Positions 19,060 through 27,345 of a DNA stretch of 64,000 bases are shown piece after piece. Numbering within the stretch: position 1 is the first letter of the stretch; every line of letters starts with the position of its first letter. Both the position numbers and the translations under genes were made by a program. Source of the DNA: Oscillospiraceae bacterium (GTDB lineage Bacteria; Bacillota; Clostridia; Oscillospirales; Oscillospiraceae). Below the pieces are notes generated by a model. It was not told where the DNA came from. It saw only the letters and a list, made by a program, of their open reading frames with translations, and did not search any database. Location: contig OY763424.2 of assembly GCA_963667545.2 (NCBI GenBank), positions 780,240 to 844,239 on the forward strand. The letters are read 5' to 3'.

Positions 19060-19775
19060 ACGAAGCAATCTGGAACGAAAAATGCATCCTTTCCCCGTCG
19101 CTTATATCCGTCTGCGACATGTGCAATCTCGAGCACTCCGTAAAAGAGCTGGAGGACGCAGGAATACAGATGCTGCATGTAGACATTCTCGACGGGCATT
19201 TCAGCCCCAGCATGCCGCTGGGACTTGACACCGTACGTCAGCTTCGCGCAAAGACCGGCATGGCATTTGATGTGCATCTCATGGTTACCGAACACGATTT
19301 CTTTATAAACGAGTTGCTCGACATCGGCGTGCAGCAGATTGTTTTCCACGGCGAATATGAGCCGCATATCGACAACCGCCTCCGCATGATACACCGCCGC
19401 GGCGTACGGGCGGGCGTCGCGCTGAAGCCATCAACGCCGCTGTCAGCTATCGACTATGCATTGGAAAACTGCGACACCGTGCTGCTGATGCTGATCAACC
19501 CAGGTTTTGCTCAAAACAAGGACGAGGGACAGGTTACATATGCTGACCGCAAAATAAAGGAGTTGCGCCGTCTCATAAATCAGCGCGGTTTATCGACCAA
19601 AATCGAACTTGACGGCAGGATTTCCCGAGAAAACATGGCTGCGTACGGTGAAGATTACGCAGATATTTTTGTGGCGGGAAGCACCTGTCTGGATAAAAGG
19701 AATTTGTCCGCCTCGGCGCGGGAACTGCGCGCCTTCCGTGAGGGCGTACTAAGAGGTGAAAAGTATGGAAAGTAA
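19056..19775 (+). CDS. Ribulose-phosphate 3-epimerase family protein (ketose-phosphate 3-epimerase)
   Basis: LHVDILDGHFSPS, DVHLMV and INPGFA motifs of the RPE/AlsE TIM-barrel family. ATGA overlap with the upstream gene. Confidence 0.8.
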   Translation: MNEAIWNEKCILSPSLISVCDMCNLEHSVKELEDAGIQMLHVDILDGHFSPSMPLGLDTVRQLRAKTGMAFDVHLMVTEHDFFINELLDIGVQQIVFHGEYEPHIDNRLRMIHRRGVRAGVALKPSTPLSAIDYALENCDTVLLMLINPGFAQNKDEGQVTYADRKIKELRRLINQRGLSTKIELDGRISRENMAAYGEDYADIFVAGSTCLDKRNLSASARELRAFREGVLRGEKYGK

Positions 19776-20334
19776 CGCAACATACGGCGAAGTCAAGGAG
19801 CTCGTTTTAAGCGAGCTGCGCGTTTCGCTGGACAGTATAGACCCATCTCAGGTGGATAGGCTCATAGACGCAGTGCTGGCCGCGGATCAGGTGTTTTTCG
19901 TCGGCGTGGGCCGCGTTTTGCTTTCGCTTCAGGCTATCGCAAAACGCTGGGCGCATCTGGGCATCAAAACCCATTTTGTCGGCGAGATAACGGAGCCTGC
20001 CATTACGGAAAATGACCTGCTCATAGTCGGCAGCGGCAGCGGAACGACGATGTTTCCCGCCGGTATCGCTGTAAAGGCACATGAAAAGGGCGCGAAAATA
20101 GTACACATTGGTTCTAACCCCGACAGCGGTCTTAAGGACATCGCAGAATTCATGGTACGAATACCAGTGCGCACAAAAGCTTATCTTGAGGACGAAATCG
20201 ATTCAAAACAGCCGATGACCTCGCTTTTTGAACAGTCTCTGCTGCTGCTCGGCGATATAGTCGCAAAGATGATAATCGAGCGGAAACAGCTTGACATGAA
20301 GAATCTCTGGCAGTATCACGCAAATCTGGAGTGA
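19765..20334 (+). CDS. SIS-domain isomerase, 6-phospho-3-hexuloisomerase (HxlB)-like
   Basis: VFFVGVGR, LLIVGSGSGTT and GAKIVHIGS motifs. ATG at 19765 lies 5 nt after AAGAGGTGA (the ORF-track GTG at 19756 is less likely). Confidence 0.75.
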   Translation: MESNATYGEVKELVLSELRVSLDSIDPSQVDRLIDAVLAADQVFFVGVGRVLLSLQAIAKRWAHLGIKTHFVGEITEPAITENDLLIVGSGSGTTMFPAGIAVKAHEKGAKIVHIGSNPDSGLKDIAEFMVRIPVRTKAYLEDEIDSKQPMTSLFEQSLLLLGDIVAKMIIERKQLDMKNLWQYHANLE

Positions 20335-20339
20335 GCGCT

Positions 20340-21392
20340 ATGAAAAAAGAAGATTATCTGAGATATACCGGCAGCATGCAGCAAATTGCCTACGCGCGGC
20401 GAATTGAATACGGCGAGGGCAGAAGCAAGGGCATGCGCGCCGTAGAGGTAAAAAACGGTCCCCTGCGCTTTACGGCGATGGAGGACAAGGCTCTGGACAT
20501 CTGCGAGCTGGAATACAAGGGACTGCAGATTAACTTTCTCTCAAAGCCCGGGCTCAACGGGCGCAATCCCTTTGACACTCACGGCGCGGAGGCGCTGCGC
20601 AGTATCATGGGCGGACTGTTTTTCACCTGCGGGCTTGAAAACATCTGCGCGCCCTTTACCGGTGCGGACGGCAAGGAATACCCCATGCACGGGCGCATTA
20701 GAACAACTCCCGCCGAGCATGTCTGCGCTTCTGCCGAATGGCAAGGCGATGATTATGTTATGACTGTCAGAGGCGAAATGCGCGAAGCGGAGCTTTTCGG
20801 CGAAAATCTTGTGCTTCGCCGGACGATAACGACAAAGCTTGGCGAAAGCGCAATTGCCGTCGAGGACGAAATATCGAACGAGGCTTTCCGCGAAGAACCG
20901 ATGATGCTGATGTACCACTGCAATATGGGCTGGCCGTTCCTTTCGGAAAGAAGCCGCCTTATACTGCCGACAAAAAAGGTTACGCCGCGCGAGGAAATCT
21001 CCGCCGCGCACGCTTCCTCATGGGACGTAATGGACGCGCCGAAGGACAACGAAGCCGAGTATGTTTTCCTGCATGAGCTTAACTGCGACGAAAAGGGCGA
21101 AACCTTTGCGGCTGTCGTGGACGAAGATAGGCAGCTCGCGTTCGTCATTGAATTCAACAAAGTGCAGTTTCCATATTTCATGGAGTGGAAGTCTACCGCA
21201 AGCGGAGACTATGTGCTCGGCCTTGAGCCGTCAAATTCCTCAGTCTATGGCCGCTCTTTCCATGAAAAGAACGGCACTCTGCATATGCTCGCGCCGCAGA
21301 GCTCCGAAAAAAAACGGCTCACCTTCAGAATAGCCGAAGGCTCAGAAGCGCTTGAAGCGCTGGAATGCAGATGCGAAGAACTTCTCAGATAA
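20340..21392 (+). CDS. Aldose 1-epimerase-superfamily protein (DUF4432-like)
   Basis: About 350 aa. The N-terminal pattern ...G.GRSKGMRAVEVKNGPLRFTAMEDKALDICELEYKG..INFLSK.G matches my recollection of DUF4432. Recall-based and not searched. Confidence 0.6.
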   Translation: MKKEDYLRYTGSMQQIAYARRIEYGEGRSKGMRAVEVKNGPLRFTAMEDKALDICELEYKGLQINFLSKPGLNGRNPFDTHGAEALRSIMGGLFFTCGLENICAPFTGADGKEYPMHGRIRTTPAEHVCASAEWQGDDYVMTVRGEMREAELFGENLVLRRTITTKLGESAIAVEDEISNEAFREEPMMLMYHCNMGWPFLSERSRLILPTKKVTPREEISAAHASSWDVMDAPKDNEAEYVFLHELNCDEKGETFAAVVDEDRQLAFVIEFNKVQFPYFMEWKSTASGDYVLGLEPSNSSVYGRSFHEKNGTLHMLAPQSSEKKRLTFRIAEGSEALEALECRCEELLR

Positions 21393-21440
21393 TGCGGATA
21401 TATTTTTGCAATAAAATCAAAATATAAGGAGTCAAAAATT

Positions 21441-22121
21441 ATGAAAAGATCGGAAATCAACGCTGTTATCAGACGCTTTGAAAAACTGCTTGCCGAGCAT
21501 TGCTTTGAAATCCCGCCCTACCTGAAATTTACGCCTGAGGAATGGCAGACCAAGGGACACGAATATGACGAAATTCGCGACAATATGCTGGGCTGGGACG
21601 TCACCGACTACGGTATGGGCGATTACGCAACGCTTGGGCTTGCGCTTATAACCCTGCGCAACGGCAACGTGCATAACCCGAAATATACAAAGACCTACGC
21701 CGAAAAAATCATCATGTGTGACGAGGGACAGGTCTCTCCGATGCACTTCCACTGGAGCAAGATGGAGGACATCATAAACCGCGGCGGAAATGATATCGTA
21801 TTTACGCTTTACAATGCCACAAAGGATGAACAGCTCGACACAACCGACGTTGAAATTTGTCAGGACGGACGCCGCTACATGGTCCCCGCGGGAGCGCCCA
21901 TTGTGCTGCATCCCGGAGACAGCCTTTCGCTTTATCCGTATTACTATCATGAGTTTGTCATTCCCAAGGGCGGCAGCGTGCTTATCGGCGAGGTGTCAAT
22001 GTGTAACGACGACAATACCGACAACCGCTTTTTAAAGCCTCTTGGACGTTTCCCGACTATCGAGGAGGACGAGAAGCCCTATCGTCTGCTCTGTAACGAA
22101 TACCCGGCGGCAAAGGATTAA
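21441..22121 (+). CDS. D-lyxose/D-mannose ketol-isomerase (cupin)
   Basis: 226 aa. WDVTDYGMGDY...GL..ITLRNG, EKIIMCDEGQVSPMHFHWSKMEDIINRGG and the GEVS..NDD tail are characteristic of the YdaE/D-lyxose isomerase family. Strong RBS AAGGAG. Confidence 0.8.
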   Translation: MKRSEINAVIRRFEKLLAEHCFEIPPYLKFTPEEWQTKGHEYDEIRDNMLGWDVTDYGMGDYATLGLALITLRNGNVHNPKYTKTYAEKIIMCDEGQVSPMHFHWSKMEDIINRGGNDIVFTLYNATKDEQLDTTDVEICQDGRRYMVPAGAPIVLHPGDSLSLYPYYYHEFVIPKGGSVLIGEVSMCNDDNTDNRFLKPLGRFPTIEEDEKPYRLLCNEYPAAKD

Positions 22122-22145
22122 TTATATTGAAACAGAGGAAATATT

Positions 22146-22778
22146 ATGGTACTGAAATCTGTTGACGACAGCGCGTTTCGCACCTACGGGCGAATCATTA
22201 CGGAGCTTAATTTTTCCGGACTGACGGAGGCTCTGCAAAAAACTCCGCGCCCTGCGGACTCGGTAATATACGTTGCGTCAGAGCCGGAGCTTGAAAAGCT
22301 TCCGGTCTTCAGTGAGCTTCAAAACCGGATTTTCGGCGAGCTGCCGATACAGCTCGGTTACTGCAACGGCAACAACTATTTATTGAACGCACTGGAATAC
22401 CACCATTCAAGCGAGATAAATGTTGCGGCGACGGACGCAATACTGATGGTCGGACGCGTACAGGACATTACACCGGAGCATACCTACGACACGGCAAAGG
22501 TGGAGCTTTTCCGTCTGCCGAAAGGCACAGCTGTTGAACTCTATGCCACTACCCTGCATTACGCGCCGTGCAATGCCGACAGCGAAGGCTTCCGTGTCGC
22601 GGTAGTCCTTCCGCGCGGCACCAACTCGGAGCTTAACGCGGAGCACCCCGCAAGCGGCGAGGACCGCCTTATTACCGCGAAGAACAAGTGGCTTATCGGG
22701 CATCCCGATGCGGGGCTGCCGAGCGATAACTGCCTTGGCCTTGTCGGAGAAAACATCTCGGTCAAATCGCTTATTTAA
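22146..22778 (+). CDS. DUF4867-like protein (ureidoglycolate-lyase-like fold), function unknown
   Basis: The 210-aa size, N-terminus F..YGRII and EYHHSSE fit my recollection of DUF4867. Recall-based only. Confidence 0.45.
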   Translation: MVLKSVDDSAFRTYGRIITELNFSGLTEALQKTPRPADSVIYVASEPELEKLPVFSELQNRIFGELPIQLGYCNGNNYLLNALEYHHSSEINVAATDAILMVGRVQDITPEHTYDTAKVELFRLPKGTAVELYATTLHYAPCNADSEGFRVAVVLPRGTNSELNAEHPASGEDRLITAKNKWLIGHPDAGLPSDNCLGLVGENISVKSLI

Positions 22779-22817
22779 CGTGAACGGGCGAATACATCGC
22801 TATAAGGAACTTGAGCT

Positions 22818-23819
22818 ATGAAAAAAGGAATCGCTGTTGCGGGCACTATGCTCGTAGATACCATTTACCCCATAGATCACTATCCGGAAAACGGCGGTCT
22901 TGCAACTATCGGAGATAGTATTACAAGAGCTACAGGCGGCGCCGTATGCAATGTTATCATAGATTTGGCAAAGCTCGATGAAGCGCTGCCCTTAACGGCT
23001 CTGGGCGTAATCGGAAACGATGAAAACGGGCGATTCATTGAAGAAAGCCTGTCGGCCTTCGGAAACATTGACCTGTCTCAGGTTGCCCGCGGGGGTATGA
23101 CCTCCTTTTCGACGGTAATGAGCGATCTCCGTTCCAAACAGAGGACTTTTTTCAGCTTCAAGGGCGCAAGCTCAGGCTTCTCAGAGGCTCACATAGACTG
23201 GGAACGCCTTAACATCAGCCACCTGCATGCGGGGTATCTCCTGTTTTTAGACGAGCTCGACGGGCCGGACGAGGAGTTCGGCACAAAAATGGCAAGGCTT
23301 CTGGCCTCAGCAAAGAAGAGGAGCATAAGCACCTCCATAGATCTCGTCAGCGGCACCGCCGACCGCTTCAAGGCCGTTGTGCCTCCGGCTCTGAAGTACA
23401 CGGACTACTGCATAATAAATGAAACGGAAGCTGAAGGCCTTACGGACATACCACTTAGAAGAAAGGGAAATGTCTGTGAGGAAAATATGCTTTTGGCTCT
23501 CCGCGCGATAAAGGACATGGGCGTATCCCGATGGGCGGTAATACACGCGCCGGAGGGTGGCTACGGACTCGACTGCTCCTTCGGTAAAATCGTAAGAATA
23601 AAAAGTCTGAGCCTGCCGGAGGGCTTTATCAAAGGTACAACAGGAGCGGGCGACGCTTTTTGCTCCGGTGTGCTTTACGCAGCCTATATCGGCAAATCTT
23701 TGACAGAAGCAATCGAACTCGGCACCGGCTGCGCGGCCTGCTCTCTTTCCGAGCCGGGAGCGACCGAAGGAATGCGCTCGTATGAAAAAGTGTTGGAGTT
23801 CTATAAAAAAATGAGATAA
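22818..23819 (+). CDS. PfkB-family carbohydrate kinase
   Basis: GGAVCNV, DLVS and TTGAGDAFCSGVL motifs. RBS TAAGGAA. Confidence 0.8.
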   Translation: MKKGIAVAGTMLVDTIYPIDHYPENGGLATIGDSITRATGGAVCNVIIDLAKLDEALPLTALGVIGNDENGRFIEESLSAFGNIDLSQVARGGMTSFSTVMSDLRSKQRTFFSFKGASSGFSEAHIDWERLNISHLHAGYLLFLDELDGPDEEFGTKMARLLASAKKRSISTSIDLVSGTADRFKAVVPPALKYTDYCIINETEAEGLTDIPLRRKGNVCEENMLLALRAIKDMGVSRWAVIHAPEGGYGLDCSFGKIVRIKSLSLPEGFIKGTTGAGDAFCSGVLYAAYIGKSLTEAIELGTGCAACSLSEPGATEGMRSYEKVLEFYKKMR

Positions 23820-23835
23820 ACGGAAGTGATATATT

Positions 23836-24678
23836 ATGCTTGTAACTCTTGACGAAGTCTTGAAGGACGCTCAGAAGAAAAAATACGCGGTCGGGCTTTT
23901 CAACACGGTCAATCTAGAAATGGCCGTAGGCGTTATTGCGGCGGCTGAGGAGACAAAATCTCCCGTAATCATCGGAACAGCAGAAGCGCTGCTTCCTTAC
24001 GCGGGATTGGAGGAGCTAGCTTCTCTTCTTCTTCCGATGGCGAAAAAGGCGAGCGTTCCGGTGGTTTTGCACTTTGATCACGGTCTCACATCGGAGATGA
24101 TAATAAAATCTATGGCTTTGGGCTTCAGCTCCGTTATGTACGACTGTTCCACCTTCAGCTATGCGGAGAATATCGACAGGTGCAGGGAGATGAAGAGAAT
24201 AGCCGCGGGTTTCGGCGCTACTCTTGAGGCCGAGCTGGGTCATGTGGGCTTAGCCTCCGATTCCGCCGAAGCCGACGGACACGACAGCGTTTATACAGAC
24301 CCCGCACAGGCGAAGGATTTTGTTGAAAAGACCGGTGTGGACGCACTGGCGGTTGCAATAGGCACGGCTCACGGGGCATACAAGGTCAAACCCGTACTTG
24401 ATATCGAAGTACTCAAAAAAATTGCCGCCACAATTGACACACCGCTGGTTCTGCACGGCGGCTCAGGTCTGACGGAGGAGGATTTCAAAAACTGCATAGC
24501 TAACGGCATCAGCAAGGTCAACATCTTCACGGACATCAACTGCGCCGCCGCGAAAGCCGCTTTTGACAGCTATAAAAACGGCTTTGGAATGACGGATATT
24601 ATGGGAAGCATCGCTTCCGCAGTCAAGACCGCGACAATAGAAAAAATGAGGATATTCGGCTGCTCAAACAAAGGCTGA
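23836..24678 (+). CDS. Class II ketose-bisphosphate aldolase (fructose/tagatose-1,6-bisphosphate aldolase family)
   Basis: YAVGLFN, LHFDHG, ELGHVG, AIGTAHG.YK and LVLHGGSG motifs of the FbaA/GatY/KbaY family. Confidence 0.85.
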   Translation: MLVTLDEVLKDAQKKKYAVGLFNTVNLEMAVGVIAAAEETKSPVIIGTAEALLPYAGLEELASLLLPMAKKASVPVVLHFDHGLTSEMIIKSMALGFSSVMYDCSTFSYAENIDRCREMKRIAAGFGATLEAELGHVGLASDSAEADGHDSVYTDPAQAKDFVEKTGVDALAVAIGTAHGAYKVKPVLDIEVLKKIAATIDTPLVLHGGSGLTEEDFKNCIANGISKVNIFTDINCAAAKAAFDSYKNGFGMTDIMGSIASAVKTATIEKMRIFGCSNKG

Positions 24679-24710
24679 TAAAAAAATTACAATCTTATTT
24701 TTAAATAAGC

Positions 24711-24753
24711 AACATAAAAGGCGCTGCCCATTACGGGCAACGCCTTTTATGTT
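24711..24753. terminator. Bidirectional intrinsic terminator between convergent genes
   Basis: AACATAAAAGGCGCTGCCC - ATTA - CGGGCAACGCCTTTTATGTT, with A/T runs on both sides. Confidence 0.75.
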
Positions 24754-24786
24754 GCTAGGTTTTATACGGCAGAATGAATTAAATAT

Positions 24787-26319
24787 TTAGTCGTCGCCGC
24801 CACCGAGGGCCTCGAGCTTGGAAACGGGAATAGGCTTGTTGTCTCCGTGCTTTACAAACATCATGGTAATGAAAGCAAGGAATACGAAGATGCAGCCGTA
24901 GGGGAACAGCGTTGTCATGCTGACCTTGTCCATAAACAGACCGGAAATAAGGGGCGTCAGGGTTTGTGCCGCCATGCTGGCGGTATAGTAGAAACCTGTA
25001 TATTTACCGACTTCGCTGCCCTTTGAAAGCTCAACAACCATGGGATAGCTGTTCACATTAATTGTTGCCCAGCCTATGCCTGCCATAGCAAACAGGATGT
25101 TCATAACAAGCGTGGAGCTTCCCGCGCGGATGAATGACGCGGCGAGGAACGCCGTACCGAGTATGATAATTCCGGCGAGTATTGTTTTTTTTCTGCCGAA
25201 TTTCGACGCGACAGCGCCGACGGGTATGTATGAAAGGATAGCGGCGCCCGTGGCGATGGTTAATGTGGTATTGTAGTCGAGATTCAGTACGCTGCTGGCA
25301 TATACGGAGTATTTGCTCGTGACCGCGTTGTAGCCGAAAAACCAGAAAACGACGGAGGTCAAAATGAGAATCAGAGATGCTTTTTCGCCTTTTGACAGCT
25401 TTCGGCTGCCGGAAGCATCATCATCCTCGTTGTCAATGTTATATTTGCGGCTCTCTTTGTGCATCTCCTCGACGAGCTTTGGCTCTTTGACCTTCCAGAG
25501 GAAAATCAGGAGAGAAACGAGCATCAGCACCGCGATGCAGGTGAAAAACAGCTTATAGCTCATTAAAGCGTTGATTGCTCGTCCCGTTCCGAACACCATG
25601 CCCATGACGAGTATAATGATTCCTCCGGCCGCTCCCATAAGGTTTATTACGGCGTTTGCCTTGCTGCGGAGCGGTTTAATTGTAACATCCGGCATCAGCG
25701 CAACAGCAGGGCTCCGGAAGGTTGACATAGAAAGAAGAAGAACAAGCAGTATTGCAATGAAGATAATAAGCGGTGTTTTATCAGCCGCAACGACCGAGGC
25801 GGCATACGCCTGACGCGCGGGTACGACATAGTTGGTGTAATCAGGATTTGTTACGCCGTCCTCTGTGGACATCGTAATGGCGGTGTAGGCTTCCTTTGTA
25901 AACATATCAGCAATAGCGACTGTCTTTCCTTCGGGAGTGGTTATGGAAAGATTTGCGTCATATAGTGTTTCCTGTGCTGTGGAATTCGTGGGCGCAACAG
26001 CTGAGATATTTTTTAGCTGCATACTGTCTGCAAAGGATAAAAGGATAAGAAAAGCAGCAGCAATAATAGTGCCGACTATTATAAACGGAGTGCGTCTGCC
26101 GCGACGGCTTTTGCATTTGTCCGATAGAACACCGAAAAGCGGGAGCATAAACAGCGCCAGAATATTGTCCAGCCCCATAATTGCACCGGACCAGCTTTGG
26201 GACATACCGAATTTATCCGTAAGTATTTTTGGAATGATGGTATCATAGCCCTGCCAGAAAGCGCTGATAAGGAAAAAAGCAAAGCCTACTAAGATAGTGC
26301 GTTTGTAATTCAGCTTCAT
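24787..26319 (-). CDS. MFS transporter, SLC45/GPH-like sugar:cation symporter family
   Basis: 12-TM-like profile with LSDKCKSRRGRRTPF between TM2 and TM3, typical of this group. ATG at 26319 preferred. Confidence 0.75.
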   Translation of the reverse strand: MKLNYKRTILVGFAFFLISAFWQGYDTIIPKILTDKFGMSQSWSGAIMGLDNILALFMLPLFGVLSDKCKSRRGRRTPFIIVGTIIAAAFLILLSFADSMQLKNISAVAPTNSTAQETLYDANLSITTPEGKTVAIADMFTKEAYTAITMSTEDGVTNPDYTNYVVPARQAYAASVVAADKTPLIIFIAILLVLLLSMSTFRSPAVALMPDVTIKPLRSKANAVINLMGAAGGIIILVMGMVFGTGRAINALMSYKLFFTCIAVLMLVSLLIFLWKVKEPKLVEEMHKESRKYNIDNEDDDASGSRKLSKGEKASLILILTSVVFWFFGYNAVTSKYSVYASSVLNLDYNTTLTIATGAAILSYIPVGAVASKFGRKKTILAGIIILGTAFLAASFIRAGSSTLVMNILFAMAGIGWATINVNSYPMVVELSKGSEVGKYTGFYYTASMAAQTLTPLISGLFMDKVSMTTLFPYGCIFVFLAFITMMFVKHGDNKPIPVSKLEALGGGDD

Positions 26320-26392
26320 GTCGTCACTCTCTCTATGCAAAAATTTTTACATATAAAGTTTATACTATTTTTCCAATTGATTCAACAATAAT

Positions 26393-26421
26393 TTGACTAC
26401 AAAACAGCTGTGAGGTAAAAT
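26393..26421 (+). promoter_or_regulatory. Sigma-70/SigA-type promoter candidate for the GDPD gene
   Basis: TTGACT - 17 nt - TAAAAT, 27 nt upstream of the GTG start. Confidence 0.45.
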
Positions 26422-26447
26422 ATAGCGGAATCGGAGGTGATTCGATA

Positions 26448-27278
26448 GTGAATGAAGAAAATTACAAGCTGTTTTTTTGTTCAGCCGGAGCTCTTCTGGC
26501 GGCCGCCGGCTTTGCCGCATACCTGACCGCGCCGGAAAAAGCCCCAAAGAATAAGCGCGCGCCGTTTGCGGGACGCAACTACGCACACAGGGGACTTCAC
26601 ACTCCGGATAAAAGCATACCGGAAAATTCTCTGCCGGCCTTCGCCGCCGCTGCCGGTATCGGCTACGGGGTTGAACTGGATGTACATATCACGCGTGACG
26701 GGGAACTTGCGGTTATCCACGACAGCGACACAAAGCGTGTCTGCGGAGTTGACGGCAATGTGGAAGATATGACGTGGGAAGAGCTTAAAAAGCTGAGGCT
26801 TTGCGAAACCGAGTACGGCATACCGCTGCTTTCGGAAGTGCTGGAGGTCATGGGCAGCGAATGTCCGGTAATAATTGAGCTGAAGCGCGGAGACCGCAAC
26901 GACGAGCTCTGCAAGAAAGCATACACGCTGATGAAAAAATACGGCGGCAGATACTGCGTTGAGAGCTTCGACCCGAGGATAGTCGCATGGTTCCGGCGCA
27001 ACGCACCGGAGGTTTTGCGCGGACAGCTCTCGTCTGACCCCATTGAGATGGCGAAGGACACCAGCAGGCTAAACGCGTTCATGGTCGGCAATCTGCTCAC
27101 AAATTTTTTGGCAAGACCTAATTTCATAGCTTACGGTCTGGGACGTAAACCTCTTATTGTCAGACTCTGCGAAAAAATGGGAGCCATGAAGGTGGCGTGG
27201 GTTGCCAAGGATTGCTCTCAGGAAAAAACAAACGACGCGGTTATTTTTGAGCACTTCAAGCCGAGTGTTAAATTTTAA
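26448..27278 (+). CDS. Glycerophosphodiester phosphodiesterase family protein with N-terminal membrane anchor
   Basis: AHRG..........ENSL.AF and YGVELDVHITRDGELAVIHD motifs. GTG start after GGAGGTGA. Confidence 0.8.
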   Translation: MNEENYKLFFCSAGALLAAAGFAAYLTAPEKAPKNKRAPFAGRNYAHRGLHTPDKSIPENSLPAFAAAAGIGYGVELDVHITRDGELAVIHDSDTKRVCGVDGNVEDMTWEELKKLRLCETEYGIPLLSEVLEVMGSECPVIIELKRGDRNDELCKKAYTLMKKYGGRYCVESFDPRIVAWFRRNAPEVLRGQLSSDPIEMAKDTSRLNAFMVGNLLTNFLARPNFIAYGLGRKPLIVRLCEKMGAMKVAWVAKDCSQEKTNDAVIFEHFKPSVKF

Positions 27279-27287
27279 ATATTGTTT

Positions 27288-27327
27288 AAAGAGGCTGCGG
27301 CAATCTTCATTTTGCCGCAGCCTCTTT
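27288..27327. terminator. Bidirectional intrinsic terminator
   Basis: AAAGAGGCTGCGGCAA - loop - TTGCCGCAGCCTCTTT. Confidence 0.75.
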
Positions 27328-27345
27328 ATGTTATGTATTAAATTT

